DNA from: Candidatus Latescibacterota bacterium
Lineage (GTDB): Bacteria > Latescibacterota > CBDEFO01
NCBI GenBank assembly: GCA_965248755.1
Contig: OZ252149.1
Span: forward strand, 2,208,001-2,272,000
DNA length: 64,000 nt
Direction of reading: 5' to 3'
How positions within the stretch are numbered: the stretch's first letter is position 1; the number at the start of each line of letters is the position of its first letter. Below are positions 19,121 to 30,167 of the stretch, piece after piece. The position numbers were made by a program, and so were the translations under genes. Below the pieces are notes generated by a model. The model worked only from the letters and a program-made list of their open reading frames with translations, was not told where the DNA came from and did no database searches.

Positions 19121-20446
19121 TTATCTTACTTTTACAGCCTTTTGCACTTTCTTTTCAAAGTGTTTGTAGGAGGAGTAGGTAGAGCGAGCTCCGATCTCCA
19201 CGGTGTATTCTCCCGGAGGTGCGGGATTTCCACCCTCGTCTTTTAGATCCCAGATAAAGGTGCGTCCAAGAATTTCCACTATGCTTTTGGCTGCGAGCCT
19301 TCTTACTTGATCCTCGCCGCTAAATATATTCACATCTACAAATGATCTCTCAGTGGGAACGAGGGATATCTTGACTTCGCCCGGAGCTTCGGTTTCCAAA
19401 AAGCTCACATCAATGCTCTTGAAGTCTGTGCCGATCCAGTAATAGCTGACTCCATCTGGGTCCACGACGAAGACTTGTCCCAACTGGCGAGAGATAGCAA
19501 TTCCCCTGGGCGAGATGAGTTTTCCGTCGTTCGTCCTCCTGCTGAAGGAGGTTATATAGTTCAGGTCTCTATCGAACTTGTGGACGCAACTGCTTGTCTG
19601 GTCTGTTGCATATACGTTGTCGTAATAGTCCAGCGCCAGATAGAGGAGCTTTCCACCACTAAAACCGATATTTTCAAGATCGATCTGGGACAGGATATTC
19701 CCGCTCCAGTCCAATTTCATAATGCCCTTCCCATCTTTGACTATAACGTATATTGCTTTTTGTTTTCTGTAAGACCATTTTTCTTCTGGATCGTTGACTG
19801 CTATTCCCAAGGGGTGAAGGACATTCTCTATTGTTCTTTTGAATTTATAGTCCGAATCGAATACTTGAATTACGCTCTTTTTGTAGTCTGTGACGAACAT
19901 TTCTCCGTCTCCCACCGCAACGTCTTTGGGGCTGTCGAATCCACCCGCAGCGGACGTTCCGCCTGGATCTATGTTCGCTATGAACTTTAATTTTCCCCCT
20001 GAATTTAAAAGGTGGACGACCCTGTGGTTGCCGGTATCGGCCACATATACGTTGCCCTTTCTATCAGCGGCGATTCCGGAGGGATTCAGAAACTGTCCGT
20101 CGTTCCTTCCTTTTTCTCCGAATACGTCTAAAGTCCATATAGATGTGCTGTAGATAATATTTCCTTTGCCAGAGTTCACTCCATAAACCGTAACTTCGTC
20201 GTCGTCCTTCTCTGTAGAAGGATCGTCCAAAGCTTCGAGTTTCACAGCGGCTATACCCTCCGGGTTGTCAATCGCCGCCTCACTTCCCGCCAGAAGGATA
20301 AGCATGGCTTGGTTGACTCTGTTGATGCCCAGGGTATGTTTGAAGGGAGGATTAACCAATGTGGTGGAGATTTCAAGCTTTCCCGATTCGGGGCAGCATA
20401 GCCCCCAGGAGACCAGTACAAGCACCATAGACCCTAACAAGCTCAT
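19121..20446 (-). CDS. Secreted NHL-repeat beta-propeller protein with C-terminal FlgD-Ig-like domain
   Basis: Signal peptide. FLNPSGIA..VYVADTGNHRV repeats. WDLKDEGGNPAPPGEY. Confidence 0.85.
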   Translation of the reverse strand: MSLLGSMVLVLVSWGLCCPESGKLEISTTLVNPPFKHTLGINRVNQAMLILLAGSEAAIDNPEGIAAVKLEALDDPSTEKDDDEVTVYGVNSGKGNIIYSTSIWTLDVFGEKGRNDGQFLNPSGIAADRKGNVYVADTGNHRVVHLLNSGGKLKFIANIDPGGTSAAGGFDSPKDVAVGDGEMFVTDYKKSVIQVFDSDYKFKRTIENVLHPLGIAVNDPEEKWSYRKQKAIYVIVKDGKGIMKLDWSGNILSQIDLENIGFSGGKLLYLALDYYDNVYATDQTSSCVHKFDRDLNYITSFSRRTNDGKLISPRGIAISRQLGQVFVVDPDGVSYYWIGTDFKSIDVSFLETEAPGEVKISLVPTERSFVDVNIFSGEDQVRRLAAKSIVEILGRTFIWDLKDEGGNPAPPGEYTVEIGARSTYSSYKHFEKKVQKAVKVR

Positions 20447-22227
20447 AGATTCTCCCTTATCACCGCCATCTTACGTCTTTCTATTATGCCCTCTGCGTCC
20501 AGTTGATATATGTAGAATCCCGATCCCACAAGTTCCTCGTTCTGGTTTGTTCCGTCCCAACGGAATTTGTCCCGAGAGTCGGAATTTTCCAGCCTTATCG
20601 TTTTGACGAGTTCCCCTGAAAATGTGAATATGGATATCTGCGCACTATGTCTTTGGGATTCGTCGAGGTTGACGGGGATGGTGGATTTCTTCGTCCCGTC
20701 AGAAAAGAAAGGAGAAGGGTAGCTCTGCCCTAAAATGGGGCCGGAGATTTCTACTGCTATAGAGTCCAAAAGAACTTCATATGAGTAAGAAAAAGGTCCG
20801 CCCGTTGTAGCTGTAGCTGTGGATACCAGAGCGACCTGTTCGTAAGATCCCCATCCTGTCACTGTCCCCACTCTCTCGGTGAGGTCTAATACCTGGACTT
20901 CAGTTTGTTCGTTAAGCAGGATTACCTTATGTTTCCATTTTGCGCTCTGATCCCCCTGGAAAGAGATTGATGCAGAACCAGATCCCCTTCTGGGTAGAAT
21001 AATGACGTAATCGGATCCCAGTCTTCGGGAGGATCTGGAATCTGCCGCCACTTTTTTGCTCAATTCTATTACTATATCGTCCGCGGGCACCTCCGGATAG
21101 AATGCTCCTTCGGAATAGAACAGGTCGGGCTTTGCCCTTGAACCGGTGAAGAAGTTCCATACGGCAAATTCTGAGAGGGCGTTTTCCAGACCTCCAGGAA
21201 TTGACCTCTCAAAAGCTGAAAAGGACATCCTACGGGCTTCAGCGAGCTCCTCCCAGGTCCTCCTGACAGAGTCTTCGCCGCCTTCTTCCCTTTCGACCAG
21301 ATAGTGGCAGAATAACGATGCTCCGTTGGGATGTATATCTGCAGGGCCTCTTGCTCTGTCGAGCGGATCGTTTGGAGAATTCAAGAAGGAGTTGAGATAC
21401 TGAAAGTAGTCGTTTATCTCGTCGTAGACAAAGTCCTCCATCCACGTGGCAGTCGCCTCTTGCCACCAGGCAGCGTCCCTGCCGTCGTAGTAAGCAAATT
21501 GAATTGCGTGAAAGAATTCGTGGGCGGCTGTCACTTTGAGTGCATCAATACCCCTTGTCTGTCTGTAGATGCTGTCTGTATAGTTGTTATCTATTTCCAT
21601 ATAGCTGGTAGACGTATTGCCGCGAGAACTCTCGGGATAGGTAAATCCGTAGAAAGCTCCTCTCGAGGTCATCTCGATTATATATACATCGTATTGATCT
21701 CCTCCGCCTTCTCCTCCATCCAAGAGCGGCTCCCTGTAACCCAGATAGTCTATATCTGCCGACCAAGCGCTGTCGAAAGCCGCTGCCGCCTCCTCTACGT
21801 AGTCGGGTACGCGGTTTATGTTCCTGTCTCTTGGGTCTACAGCTCCTGTCCCTGTGGTGTTGTAATGGATGCGAAAATTTCCCGTTGGGCTGTCGTAGGA
21901 TTTTTCAAGAAGGGGCCTTTGAAAATAAGAAGTGACCTCTATTTGGAGGGGTTTGCTCAATCTCCACAGTTCGGAATGGATCTCCAGGATATGAGGAGTT
22001 CCGCAGGTGGGGAGGTCGCCTCCTGGCTGGTAATCGGGAGGGAGTTTCGACCTGTCGAATATAAAGTAGGCTTTATATTCCAGCGCGGCTTCGTAATCTA
22101 TGTCTCCATTTTGAAAGTCCTCTTCTATCCTGAGGTATCCGCTCGTACCAGCCCCGGCTGAGGTTTCTCCCAGGAGAATAAGAAAGGTCAATAGGCTGAA
22201 GATCTGCGTCTTTATTTTGAGATTCAA
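20443..22227 (-). CDS. Secreted zinc metalloprotease (MXAN_6640-like) with FlgD-Ig/T9SS-like tail
   Basis: FRIHY..G, TAAHEFFHAIQ, WWQEATATWME, YPSPF..WDGTNQNEELVGSG. TTG 22227 has a GAGGAG RBS. Confidence 0.85.
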   Translation of the reverse strand: MNLKIKTQIFSLLTFLILLGETSAGAGTSGYLRIEEDFQNGDIDYEAALEYKAYFIFDRSKLPPDYQPGGDLPTCGTPHILEIHSELWRLSKPLQIEVTSYFQRPLLEKSYDSPTGNFRIHYNTTGTGAVDPRDRNINRVPDYVEEAAAAFDSAWSADIDYLGYREPLLDGGEGGGDQYDVYIIEMTSRGAFYGFTYPESSRGNTSTSYMEIDNNYTDSIYRQTRGIDALKVTAAHEFFHAIQFAYYDGRDAAWWQEATATWMEDFVYDEINDYFQYLNSFLNSPNDPLDRARGPADIHPNGASLFCHYLVEREEGGEDSVRRTWEELAEARRMSFSAFERSIPGGLENALSEFAVWNFFTGSRAKPDLFYSEGAFYPEVPADDIVIELSKKVAADSRSSRRLGSDYVIILPRRGSGSASISFQGDQSAKWKHKVILLNEQTEVQVLDLTERVGTVTGWGSYEQVALVSTATATTGGPFSYSYEVLLDSIAVEISGPILGQSYPSPFFSDGTKKSTIPVNLDESQRHSAQISIFTFSGELVKTIRLENSDSRDKFRWDGTNQNEELVGSGFYIYQLDAEGIIERRKMAVIRENL

Positions 22228-22228
22228 G

Positions 22229-23512
22229 CTATTCTCCTCTGCCCGGATCCACTGCCACGTCGACAAGATTGAAAAACTGTCCCCCAAGCGAGCTTAGAAT
22301 TTCTCCGTCGGAAGAGATCTTCCACAGTCTGATTCTGGATATGACCCAGCAACTTCCATCTGTATCGTTTACAGCAAGGGCTAAGGCACTTGAAAAGCCC
22401 TCAACAGCTATATTTAAATCTCCGTCTCCATCAAATTTATAGATTGCCGTCCCTACGATTGCCCAGACTTCTCCTGTGGATGCGACGACATCTATAGCTT
22501 TTACTGCATCCAGAGTGTCTGTGACGGCTAAAACGGAATCTCCTTCTGAACTGAGTCTGTCTATCCGAAAGCCGTTCACAACGACCCAGCAGTCGCCCGA
22601 ACGCTCATCGGAGGCGACATCTGATGGGGAATCGATGTCCGGGAAGATAACTGGATTTGCGCCAGACACCGGGTATTTGATGACGCGACCGGCTGCCCGA
22701 TCTGAGATCCAGCACAGTCCTTCCAGAGGCGAAAGATCAGTTGGATCGTCGAAGTTGGCGTCCACGATGTTAAAGGTTATATTATCCAAAGGGCTACCCT
22801 GTCGGAACTGGTGAAGTTCCACCCAGATCACCTTTCTCTCCCCCGAGCTTATGATCCAGCACAGGTCGCCCTGGGAGTCTATCCGGATGTCTGATGGGAG
22901 TCTCACGCCTTCAAAGCGTGCCCCAAGTTTTCCCTGGGACGTGATTTGACGGATATCACCTGCGAATCTATCCGCCACCCAGCAGCTATGGTCGGTGCGG
23001 TCTACAGAAAGAGACACGGGCTCCCTCAAGTCCGATACCTCAAGGATTATGTCCCTTCCATCGGGGCTTATCTTATAGACCCTCCCGGCGGATCTGTCGG
23101 CTATCCAGCCGACCTCGGGCCCCGGAGTGGCCTCCTCTTCGACAGATATCGAACTTTCTCCAGACCCTTCTACTAAGACGCTTATACTGTATAGATAAGT
23201 TTCACTATTTACGACATCTTCGTCAGTAAAGGAAACAGACTCTCTTGAAAACGGCTTCGGAGTAATCTTTTGCGAGTTGCTTTCGCCTTCTTTTCTGCGG
23301 TATATGTTGTAGCCCGTTATATCAAAAAAAGAGGAAAAGTCCCAGCTTAAATCCACCTTCCTATCCCCGGCTACGACTCTGAGTCCCGTGGGGCGACCCT
23401 CTGTAGCCGGATTTTGGGGATCAAATGGGTTCGACCTATCTCTGTCAGAGCAGTATAAAAGAGGAAGGGCAAGAAAGACATACAAGAGTTTGGGAGTACG
23501 AGCGCGGGTCAC
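22229..23512 (-). CDS. Lipoprotein with FN3 domain and beta-propeller (CW(V/I)xD repeats)
   Basis: LLYC lipobox-like, R.NPFDPQNP, LSW..GYNIYR FN3, repeated CWVAD/CWISD. Confidence 0.75.
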   Translation of the reverse strand: MTRARTPKLLYVFLALPLLYCSDRDRSNPFDPQNPATEGRPTGLRVVAGDRKVDLSWDFSSFFDITGYNIYRRKEGESNSQKITPKPFSRESVSFTDEDVVNSETYLYSISVLVEGSGESSISVEEEATPGPEVGWIADRSAGRVYKISPDGRDIILEVSDLREPVSLSVDRTDHSCWVADRFAGDIRQITSQGKLGARFEGVRLPSDIRIDSQGDLCWIISSGERKVIWVELHQFRQGSPLDNITFNIVDANFDDPTDLSPLEGLCWISDRAAGRVIKYPVSGANPVIFPDIDSPSDVASDERSGDCWVVVNGFRIDRLSSEGDSVLAVTDTLDAVKAIDVVASTGEVWAIVGTAIYKFDGDGDLNIAVEGFSSALALAVNDTDGSCWVISRIRLWKISSDGEILSSLGGQFFNLVDVAVDPGRGE

Positions 23513-23876
23513 TTTGTAGATACGGGGACAGTTTATTCGGATTGTGACATCCGGAGTATCTTCTCATCTGTTTCTTCGTACGGCTTGTAGATAAAAAGGC
23601 GACCCAACCTACCAGGTATCAAGGATTTACTATTGTCGAAGTTCCATAATCGCAATCATGGAAGACTTCAATTACAATTATGGAGAACTTCCATTTTGGA
23701 TACCCTTTGTAGATTCAGGGTCGCCTTCAAGAGCAAATATACTCATATCACTGTTTACAGGCAAGCAATTTCTACGCTTGGATTGCAATTAAACCTGCTT
23801 TTGTGTGGAACACAGCACTTTTGAAGTGGAGTATGCTGTCTCGAAGAGGGAAAGTCTCTACGACTCCAAATTTTAC

Positions 23877-23905
23877 TTGACAAGTCTATGTACATTATAT
23901 ATATT
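23877..23905 (+). promoter_or_regulatory. Sigma70-type promoter upstream of ilv operon leader
   Basis: TTGACA-17 bp-TATATT. Confidence 0.65.
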
Positions 23906-24036
23906 TCAGTTGTGAGAGGATCCCCCAAATAATAGCGACTTCTACAAATTACGGGTAACGGGTAATGTTTACCGACAATACTGCTGCTAATTCTGAATGT
24001 GTCTCTTTCAACATAGCCTCTGCCTGTGGTGCAGGC

Positions 24037-24153
24037 ATGTTATTGGCTATTACAAACGTCGTACCGTCCATAGTCGCTGTACGTATCCTTCCTGTTTCGA
24101 TAGGCCTCGTAATTGTACTTCTACTAATTGGCAAAAAAGAGGCCCTGCCCTAA
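24037..24153 (+). promoter_or_regulatory. Putative Ile/Leu/Val-rich leader peptide (attenuator) of ilvB operon
   Basis: MLLAITNVVPSIVAVRILPVSIGLVIVLLLIGKKEALP, 21 of 38 residues I/L/V, with tandem CTA CTA. Lies between promoter and ilvB. Confidence 0.5.
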
Positions 24154-24310
24154 GTCTTAATTTCCCCTTTGAAAACAAAATACTGACTTAAGGACTTGAG
24201 CCTCTGAAAGGAATTCAAAGGTAAGTGGCATTCTTATATTTATTTCTGGAAAAAAGACTTTTAAGAAACTTGATTAAAGAACCCAATAAACAACAAAGAG
24301 GTGATGAATT

Positions 24311-26029
24311 ATGGAGATGACAGGCTCTCAGATACTCATAGAATCCCTCAAAAGAGAGGGTGTGGAGGTTATATTCGGCATTCCCGGCGGTGTGGTCATT
24401 CCCGTCTTCGACGACCTTTACAAACAGGATGATATCAAGGTCGTACTGACAAGGCACGAACAGGGCGCGGCTCACGCGGCAGATGGATACGGGAGGGCTA
24501 CTGGCAAGCCAGGAGTCTGTTTGGTAACTTCGGGGCCTGCTGCTACAAATACCGTGACGGGACTGGCTACGTCCCAGATGGACTCTTCACCTATGGTGGT
24601 CATTACGGGTCAGGTACCCACCTTTGCGATAGGCAGCGATGCGTTTCAGGAGGCTGACACGACGGGGGTGGCCAGACCTGTTTCAAAACACGTCTTTCTT
24701 ATTAAAGATTTTAAAGATGTAGCAAGAGTAGTGAGGGAGGCTTTCCATATCGCTGCGACAGGCAGACCCGGTCCTGTCCTGATAGATATTCCCAAAGACG
24801 TATTAATGGCAAAGACGGAGTTTGTGTGGCCAGAAAAGATAAACATAAGGGGCTACAAGCCCACCACACAGGGTCATTCCAGACAGATAGAAAAAGCGGC
24901 CCAGATGATAATGGAGGCAAGCGCCTGTTACCTTTACGTGGGCGGCGGGATAATCGCCTCGGATGCGGCAGATGAAGTGCGCCAATTAGCAGAGAAGATA
25001 AACGCTCCTGTAACCACTACTCTGATGGGATTAGGGGCTTTCCCGGGAGATCATTCTCTCTTTGTGGGGATGCCCGGGATGCACGGGACAAGGTGTGCCA
25101 ATATGTCCTTCCAGGAGTGCGAGCTTATCATATCTGTGGGAGTCAGGTTCGACGACAGGGTTACGGGCAAGTTGGACGCCTTCGCCCCGCAGGCTAAGGT
25201 CATACACATAGACATAGACCCTGCCGCGATAAGTAAGAACGTTAAGGTGGATATACCTGTTGTCGGAGACGCCAAGAAGATATTGAGGGAACTTAATAAG
25301 CTATTGAAGCCCAAGGAAAGAAACGGGTGGAACGATAAGATAGATGCCTGGAAGTCGGAGTTCCCGCTGATATATGATCAAAGCGACGAGGTCATAAAGC
25401 CGCAATACGTCATAGACCAGATGGATGACCTCTGCGATAAAGATAAAACCATAGTAATCACCGATGTGGGACAGCATCAAATGTGGACGGCTCAGTATTA
25501 TAAGTTCACAAAGTGCAGGACGCACATAACTTCTGGTGGTCTGGGGACAATGGGCTTCGGACTTCCAGCCTGTATGGGGGCATACTACGCAAAGCCCGAC
25601 CATACTATTATTAATCTTTCGGGCGACGGTAGTTTCGTTATGAACTCGCAGGAACTTGCAACTATATCCGAAAACAGGATGCCGATTAAGGCATTCATCA
25701 TCAATAACCTGTATTTGGGCATGGTCAGACAGTGGCAGGAGTTGTTCTTCGATAACAGGTATTCGGCCACGTATTTAGGAGTGTCTCCCGACTTTGTGAA
25801 GCTGGCAGAAGCCTACGGCATACCGGGTATAAGAGCCACAAAGCCGAGCGAGGTTAGACCCCTAATCCAACAGGCCCTCTCTATGGACGGTCCCGTGGTC
25901 GTTGACTTCATCGTGGATCAGATGGAAAATGTCTATCCCATGGTCCCTGCGGGAGCGGCGATACATGAGATGGTCGGTGGATTGGTCACAAAGGACAAGT
26001 TAGATCACATGGTGGACGGAATGGCGTAA
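24311..26029 (+). CDS. ilvB: Acetolactate synthase large subunit
   Basis: IFGIPGG, RHEQGA, TSGPAATN, GRPGPVLID, DVGQHQMW, GDGSF, LGMVRQWQ. Confidence 0.97.
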   Translation: MEMTGSQILIESLKREGVEVIFGIPGGVVIPVFDDLYKQDDIKVVLTRHEQGAAHAADGYGRATGKPGVCLVTSGPAATNTVTGLATSQMDSSPMVVITGQVPTFAIGSDAFQEADTTGVARPVSKHVFLIKDFKDVARVVREAFHIAATGRPGPVLIDIPKDVLMAKTEFVWPEKINIRGYKPTTQGHSRQIEKAAQMIMEASACYLYVGGGIIASDAADEVRQLAEKINAPVTTTLMGLGAFPGDHSLFVGMPGMHGTRCANMSFQECELIISVGVRFDDRVTGKLDAFAPQAKVIHIDIDPAAISKNVKVDIPVVGDAKKILRELNKLLKPKERNGWNDKIDAWKSEFPLIYDQSDEVIKPQYVIDQMDDLCDKDKTIVITDVGQHQMWTAQYYKFTKCRTHITSGGLGTMGFGLPACMGAYYAKPDHTIINLSGDGSFVMNSQELATISENRMPIKAFIINNLYLGMVRQWQELFFDNRYSATYLGVSPDFVKLAEAYGIPGIRATKPSEVRPLIQQALSMDGPVVVDFIVDQMENVYPMVPAGAAIHEMVGGLVTKDKLDHMVDGMA

Positions 26030-26030
26030 A

Positions 26031-26160
26031 AGCAGTAGACAGCAAACAGTAGACAGGGGACGTAAACCGTCATTGCGAGTCCCGGATTGACTCTATCGGG
26101 GGGCGGGGGGAAGCAATCTCGCTTAGACTGCGTCGCCTACTTGTTGCCATGTACTATTTT
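26031..26160. repeat. Heptamer arm + GTCATTGCGAG..GAAGCAATCTC repeat with nested 21-bp element (26081-26101)
   Basis: GCAGTAGACAGCAAACAGTAGACAG, then GTCATTGCGAGT-CCCGGATTGACTCTATCGGGG-..GAAGCAATCTC. Confidence 0.75.
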
Positions 26161-26175
26161 AAGTGAGAGTTATCC

Positions 26176-27697
<1,522 letters not shown>

Positions 27698-27712
27698 ATA
27701 GTATGGGAGATG

Positions 27713-27740
27713 GGGCGGTGCCTCTTCGCCGCCCTTAATT
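27713..27740 (+). terminator. Possible terminator hairpin after ilvC
   Basis: GGGCGG-loop-CCGCCC then TTAATTT. Weak U-tract. Confidence 0.35.
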
Positions 27741-27817
27741 TCCTAATGGAATTCGTCTTTTAGGACTTGTCTGGAGAATCTGTAGTTAGGAGAAATTGTC
27801 TTAAGGGGGATTAAAGA

Positions 27818-28609
27818 ATGGAAGTCAAAGGCTATTCAGAAAGAGGAGTGCTTAATTCACTGTTCTATGAGATAAAGTATTCCGAGAATAGCTTGGGGTG
27901 TCTTAATGAATTTCTGTCCACAGTTTCTTTTCCATTTACTAACATCGATTTCAGGCTGAAGGATGCCAATATATTAATTGAACAATCATTCTCTGATTTC
28001 GGTGATGCTGATTGTGTATTAGCCATAAACAATAACCAAAGTAAGCAGTCTGTGTTTATTGAAGCAAAGGTAAAGACCTTTCAGCCTCAATGTTGGTCTA
28101 CTGAAGGAGAGTTTGAGCGTTTTAAAGAAGGAATCGAACAAAATAAAGTTGGTTCCTCTAAAAACAAAATAAGGTCTAATCTATTCACTCAACTTTACCG
28201 CAAAGTTCGACTAATTAAGGCATTACAAAAACAAAATGACGGGATAAACTCGCTTAAAAAAGGGATAGAATTCGCCAACTGTATTTCAAAGACGTGCAGT
28301 AAGATTGGGAATAATGAAGTGGTTTTGAAAGCGGTAGAAATCCTAAAGGACCACTGTGAAGATGCGTTTTTTATTGCATTGGTTCCAGATGATGTTTCAA
28401 ATCTCGAACAATTTTACGAGAACACTTTAAAGCATTTTGGTCCGAATGAATTTCAAGAGTGGGATGTCAGGAATTGGGGATACATTTCATGGGCAGAAGT
28501 TGAAGATTTCTGCAAAAAACATGATTTAAGAGAGACACAAAAAGTTTTCGAGTTTAATGGAGAACAGATTTATAGAAAAGATAAGGCGGCATCAAATGAC
28601 ACCTTTTAA
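27818..28609 (+). CDS. Hypothetical protein, PD-(D/E)xK nuclease-like
   Basis: IEQSFSDFGDAD...VFIEAKVK, QLY, ISW pattern. AT-rich. Confidence 0.55.
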   Translation: MEVKGYSERGVLNSLFYEIKYSENSLGCLNEFLSTVSFPFTNIDFRLKDANILIEQSFSDFGDADCVLAINNNQSKQSVFIEAKVKTFQPQCWSTEGEFERFKEGIEQNKVGSSKNKIRSNLFTQLYRKVRLIKALQKQNDGINSLKKGIEFANCISKTCSKIGNNEVVLKAVEILKDHCEDAFFIALVPDDVSNLEQFYENTLKHFGPNEFQEWDVRNWGYISWAEVEDFCKKHDLRETQKVFEFNGEQIYRKDKAASNDTF

Positions 28610-28623
28610 AAGACCGAAAGTTC

Positions 28624-29181
28624 ATGATCATTCACCTGTCGCTACAAACAGAGCGTCTTATACTTCGAGACTTTGAGGAAGCCGATTGGGAATCGGTACA
28701 TAGCTACGCCTCTGACCCTGAGGTCGTTCGCTACATGGAATGGGGACCCGACAGCGAAGAGGATACCAGAGACTTCATCCAGAGGGTGATCGCACATCAA
28801 CGGGCTGAACCCCGGAGGCACTTTGAGTTGGCAGCTGTCCTGAAGGAAGAGGATCGGCTTATAGGTGGATGTGGTATTTCTGTGGAAGGCCATCTGGAAG
28901 GATCGATCGGATACTGCTATAGTCGGCACTTCTGGGGACGGGGATACGCAACTGAGGCTGCAGATGCGATACTTGCTTTTGGTTTCGATAAATTGGACTT
29001 ACATAGGATCTTTGCCACGTGTGACACAGAAAACGTGGCCTCGGTGAAAGTATTAGAGAAAATTGGAATGCGTCGGGAAGGGCATCTCCGAGAGGACAGT
29101 TACGAAAAGGGAAGATGGCGCGACTCCTTTTTATATGCCGTTCTTGAGCATGAATGGAATCGGGTGAAAGAAAGTGGCTGA
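28624..29181 (+). CDS. GNAT acetyltransferase, RimJ/RimL family
   Basis: TERLILR, WGRGYATEA, LHRIFA, NVASVKVLEKIGMRREG. Confidence 0.93.
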   Translation: MIIHLSLQTERLILRDFEEADWESVHSYASDPEVVRYMEWGPDSEEDTRDFIQRVIAHQRAEPRRHFELAAVLKEEDRLIGGCGISVEGHLEGSIGYCYSRHFWGRGYATEAADAILAFGFDKLDLHRIFATCDTENVASVKVLEKIGMRREGHLREDSYEKGRWRDSFLYAVLEHEWNRVKESG

Positions 29182-29240
29182 TCGAAAAATCGAAGTTGAT
29201 ATAGCAGATAGCTGGTTCGCATCCGAAGGAGCTGAAAAAG

Positions 29241-29465
29241 ATGAAAGAACTGGACCGCATAACTGTTGACCCTCAGGTATGCCTTGGCCAACCAACTATA
29301 AGGGGCATGAGGATAACCGTTTCCGTTATCCTCAAAATGCTTGCCAGTGGCGTCACTACAGATGAAATATTAAAGGCGTATCACGAGCTTCAAAAAGAGG
29401 ACATTAGTCAGGCAATAAAATATGCTGCCTGGCTTGCATCTGAGAGGGTTAAGGTTATCGCCTAA
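29241..29465 (+). CDS. DUF433 antitoxin
   Basis: RITVDPQVCLGQPTIRGMRITV..IL..LA.G...EIL..Y..L..EDI..A..YAA. Confidence 0.93.
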   Translation: MKELDRITVDPQVCLGQPTIRGMRITVSVILKMLASGVTTDEILKAYHELQKEDISQAIKYAAWLASERVKVIA

Positions 29466-29477
29466 GAAGGGTTAGAG

Positions 29478-29858
29478 ATGTCTGAACTGGCGTTCCTTGC
29501 TGACATGAATATATCTCATTTAACAGCGGAAGAATTGAGGAGAAAGGGATGGGATATCATAAGGGTATCAGAAGTCATGAATGTCAGCAGCAGTGATTTA
29601 GATGTTCTCGAATATGCACGAACACACGACAGAATTTTGATCACTCAGGATCTTGATTTTTCAACAATTCTTGCAGTTGGTGACTACGACAAGCCAAGTG
29701 TAATCAATCTACGTCTTGAAAATGCCAGCCCAGCTAACATTACAAAGCGAATTATGGAAGTTGTATCGCAGTTGGAAAATGAACTAACAGAAGGGGTCGC
29801 AATAAGTGTTGAAGAGGTAACGGCAAGATACAGAAAATTACCGCTAAAGATTGAATAA
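29478..29858 (+). CDS. DUF5615 PIN-like toxin
   Basis: FLADMNIS, D..VLEYA, RILITQDLDF, VINLR. Follows DUF433. Confidence 0.9.
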   Translation: MSELAFLADMNISHLTAEELRRKGWDIIRVSEVMNVSSSDLDVLEYARTHDRILITQDLDFSTILAVGDYDKPSVINLRLENASPANITKRIMEVVSQLENELTEGVAISVEEVTARYRKLPLKIE

Positions 29859-29877
29859 CCACGGGACGACAGGATCT

Positions 29878-29899
29878 CAACCCCGCTCGTGCGGGGTTG
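29878..29899. terminator. Perfect hairpin after TA pair
   Basis: CAACCCCGC-TCGT-GCGGGGTTG, 9-bp stem. Confidence 0.45.
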
Positions 29900-30036
29900 T
29901 GTTAAGGAGGTATTGCCCCTTCTTGAATCATCTGGATTACTTATTAGGTCCCTTGATACACGGATACACAATCACATTAAGGCTAATGAAATTATTATGA
30001 TGAATATCTTGCCAGCATCCGAAGGAGGTGAAAGAG

Positions 30037-30162
30037 ATGGAATCCAACCTTAGCGGTTTGAAAGACGAAGATGAGCTGTGCCTACTTGCGCAGGTGGAGC
30101 CAGATCGCCGGAGGGTTCCATCTGCTTTAGAAACCTCCACTCCGGCGGATGCAGGGGAGTAA
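30037..30162 (+). CDS. Small ORF (41 aa) / possible leuA leader
   Basis: Perfect AAGGAGGTGA SD 5 nt before ATG. Stops 5 nt before leuA ATG. Confidence 0.4.
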   Translation: MESNLSGLKDEDELCLLAQVEPDRRRVPSALETSTPADAGE

Positions 30163-30167
30163 AAAGG

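Noticed and set aside
23949..24150. Minus-strand ORF (..ASFLPISRSTITRPIETGRI) resembling an excisionase-type HTH
   Set aside because: It has an in-frame stop just upstream and no RBS. It is the antisense of the I/L/V-rich leader, which fits the ilvB context better. Not fully excluded.
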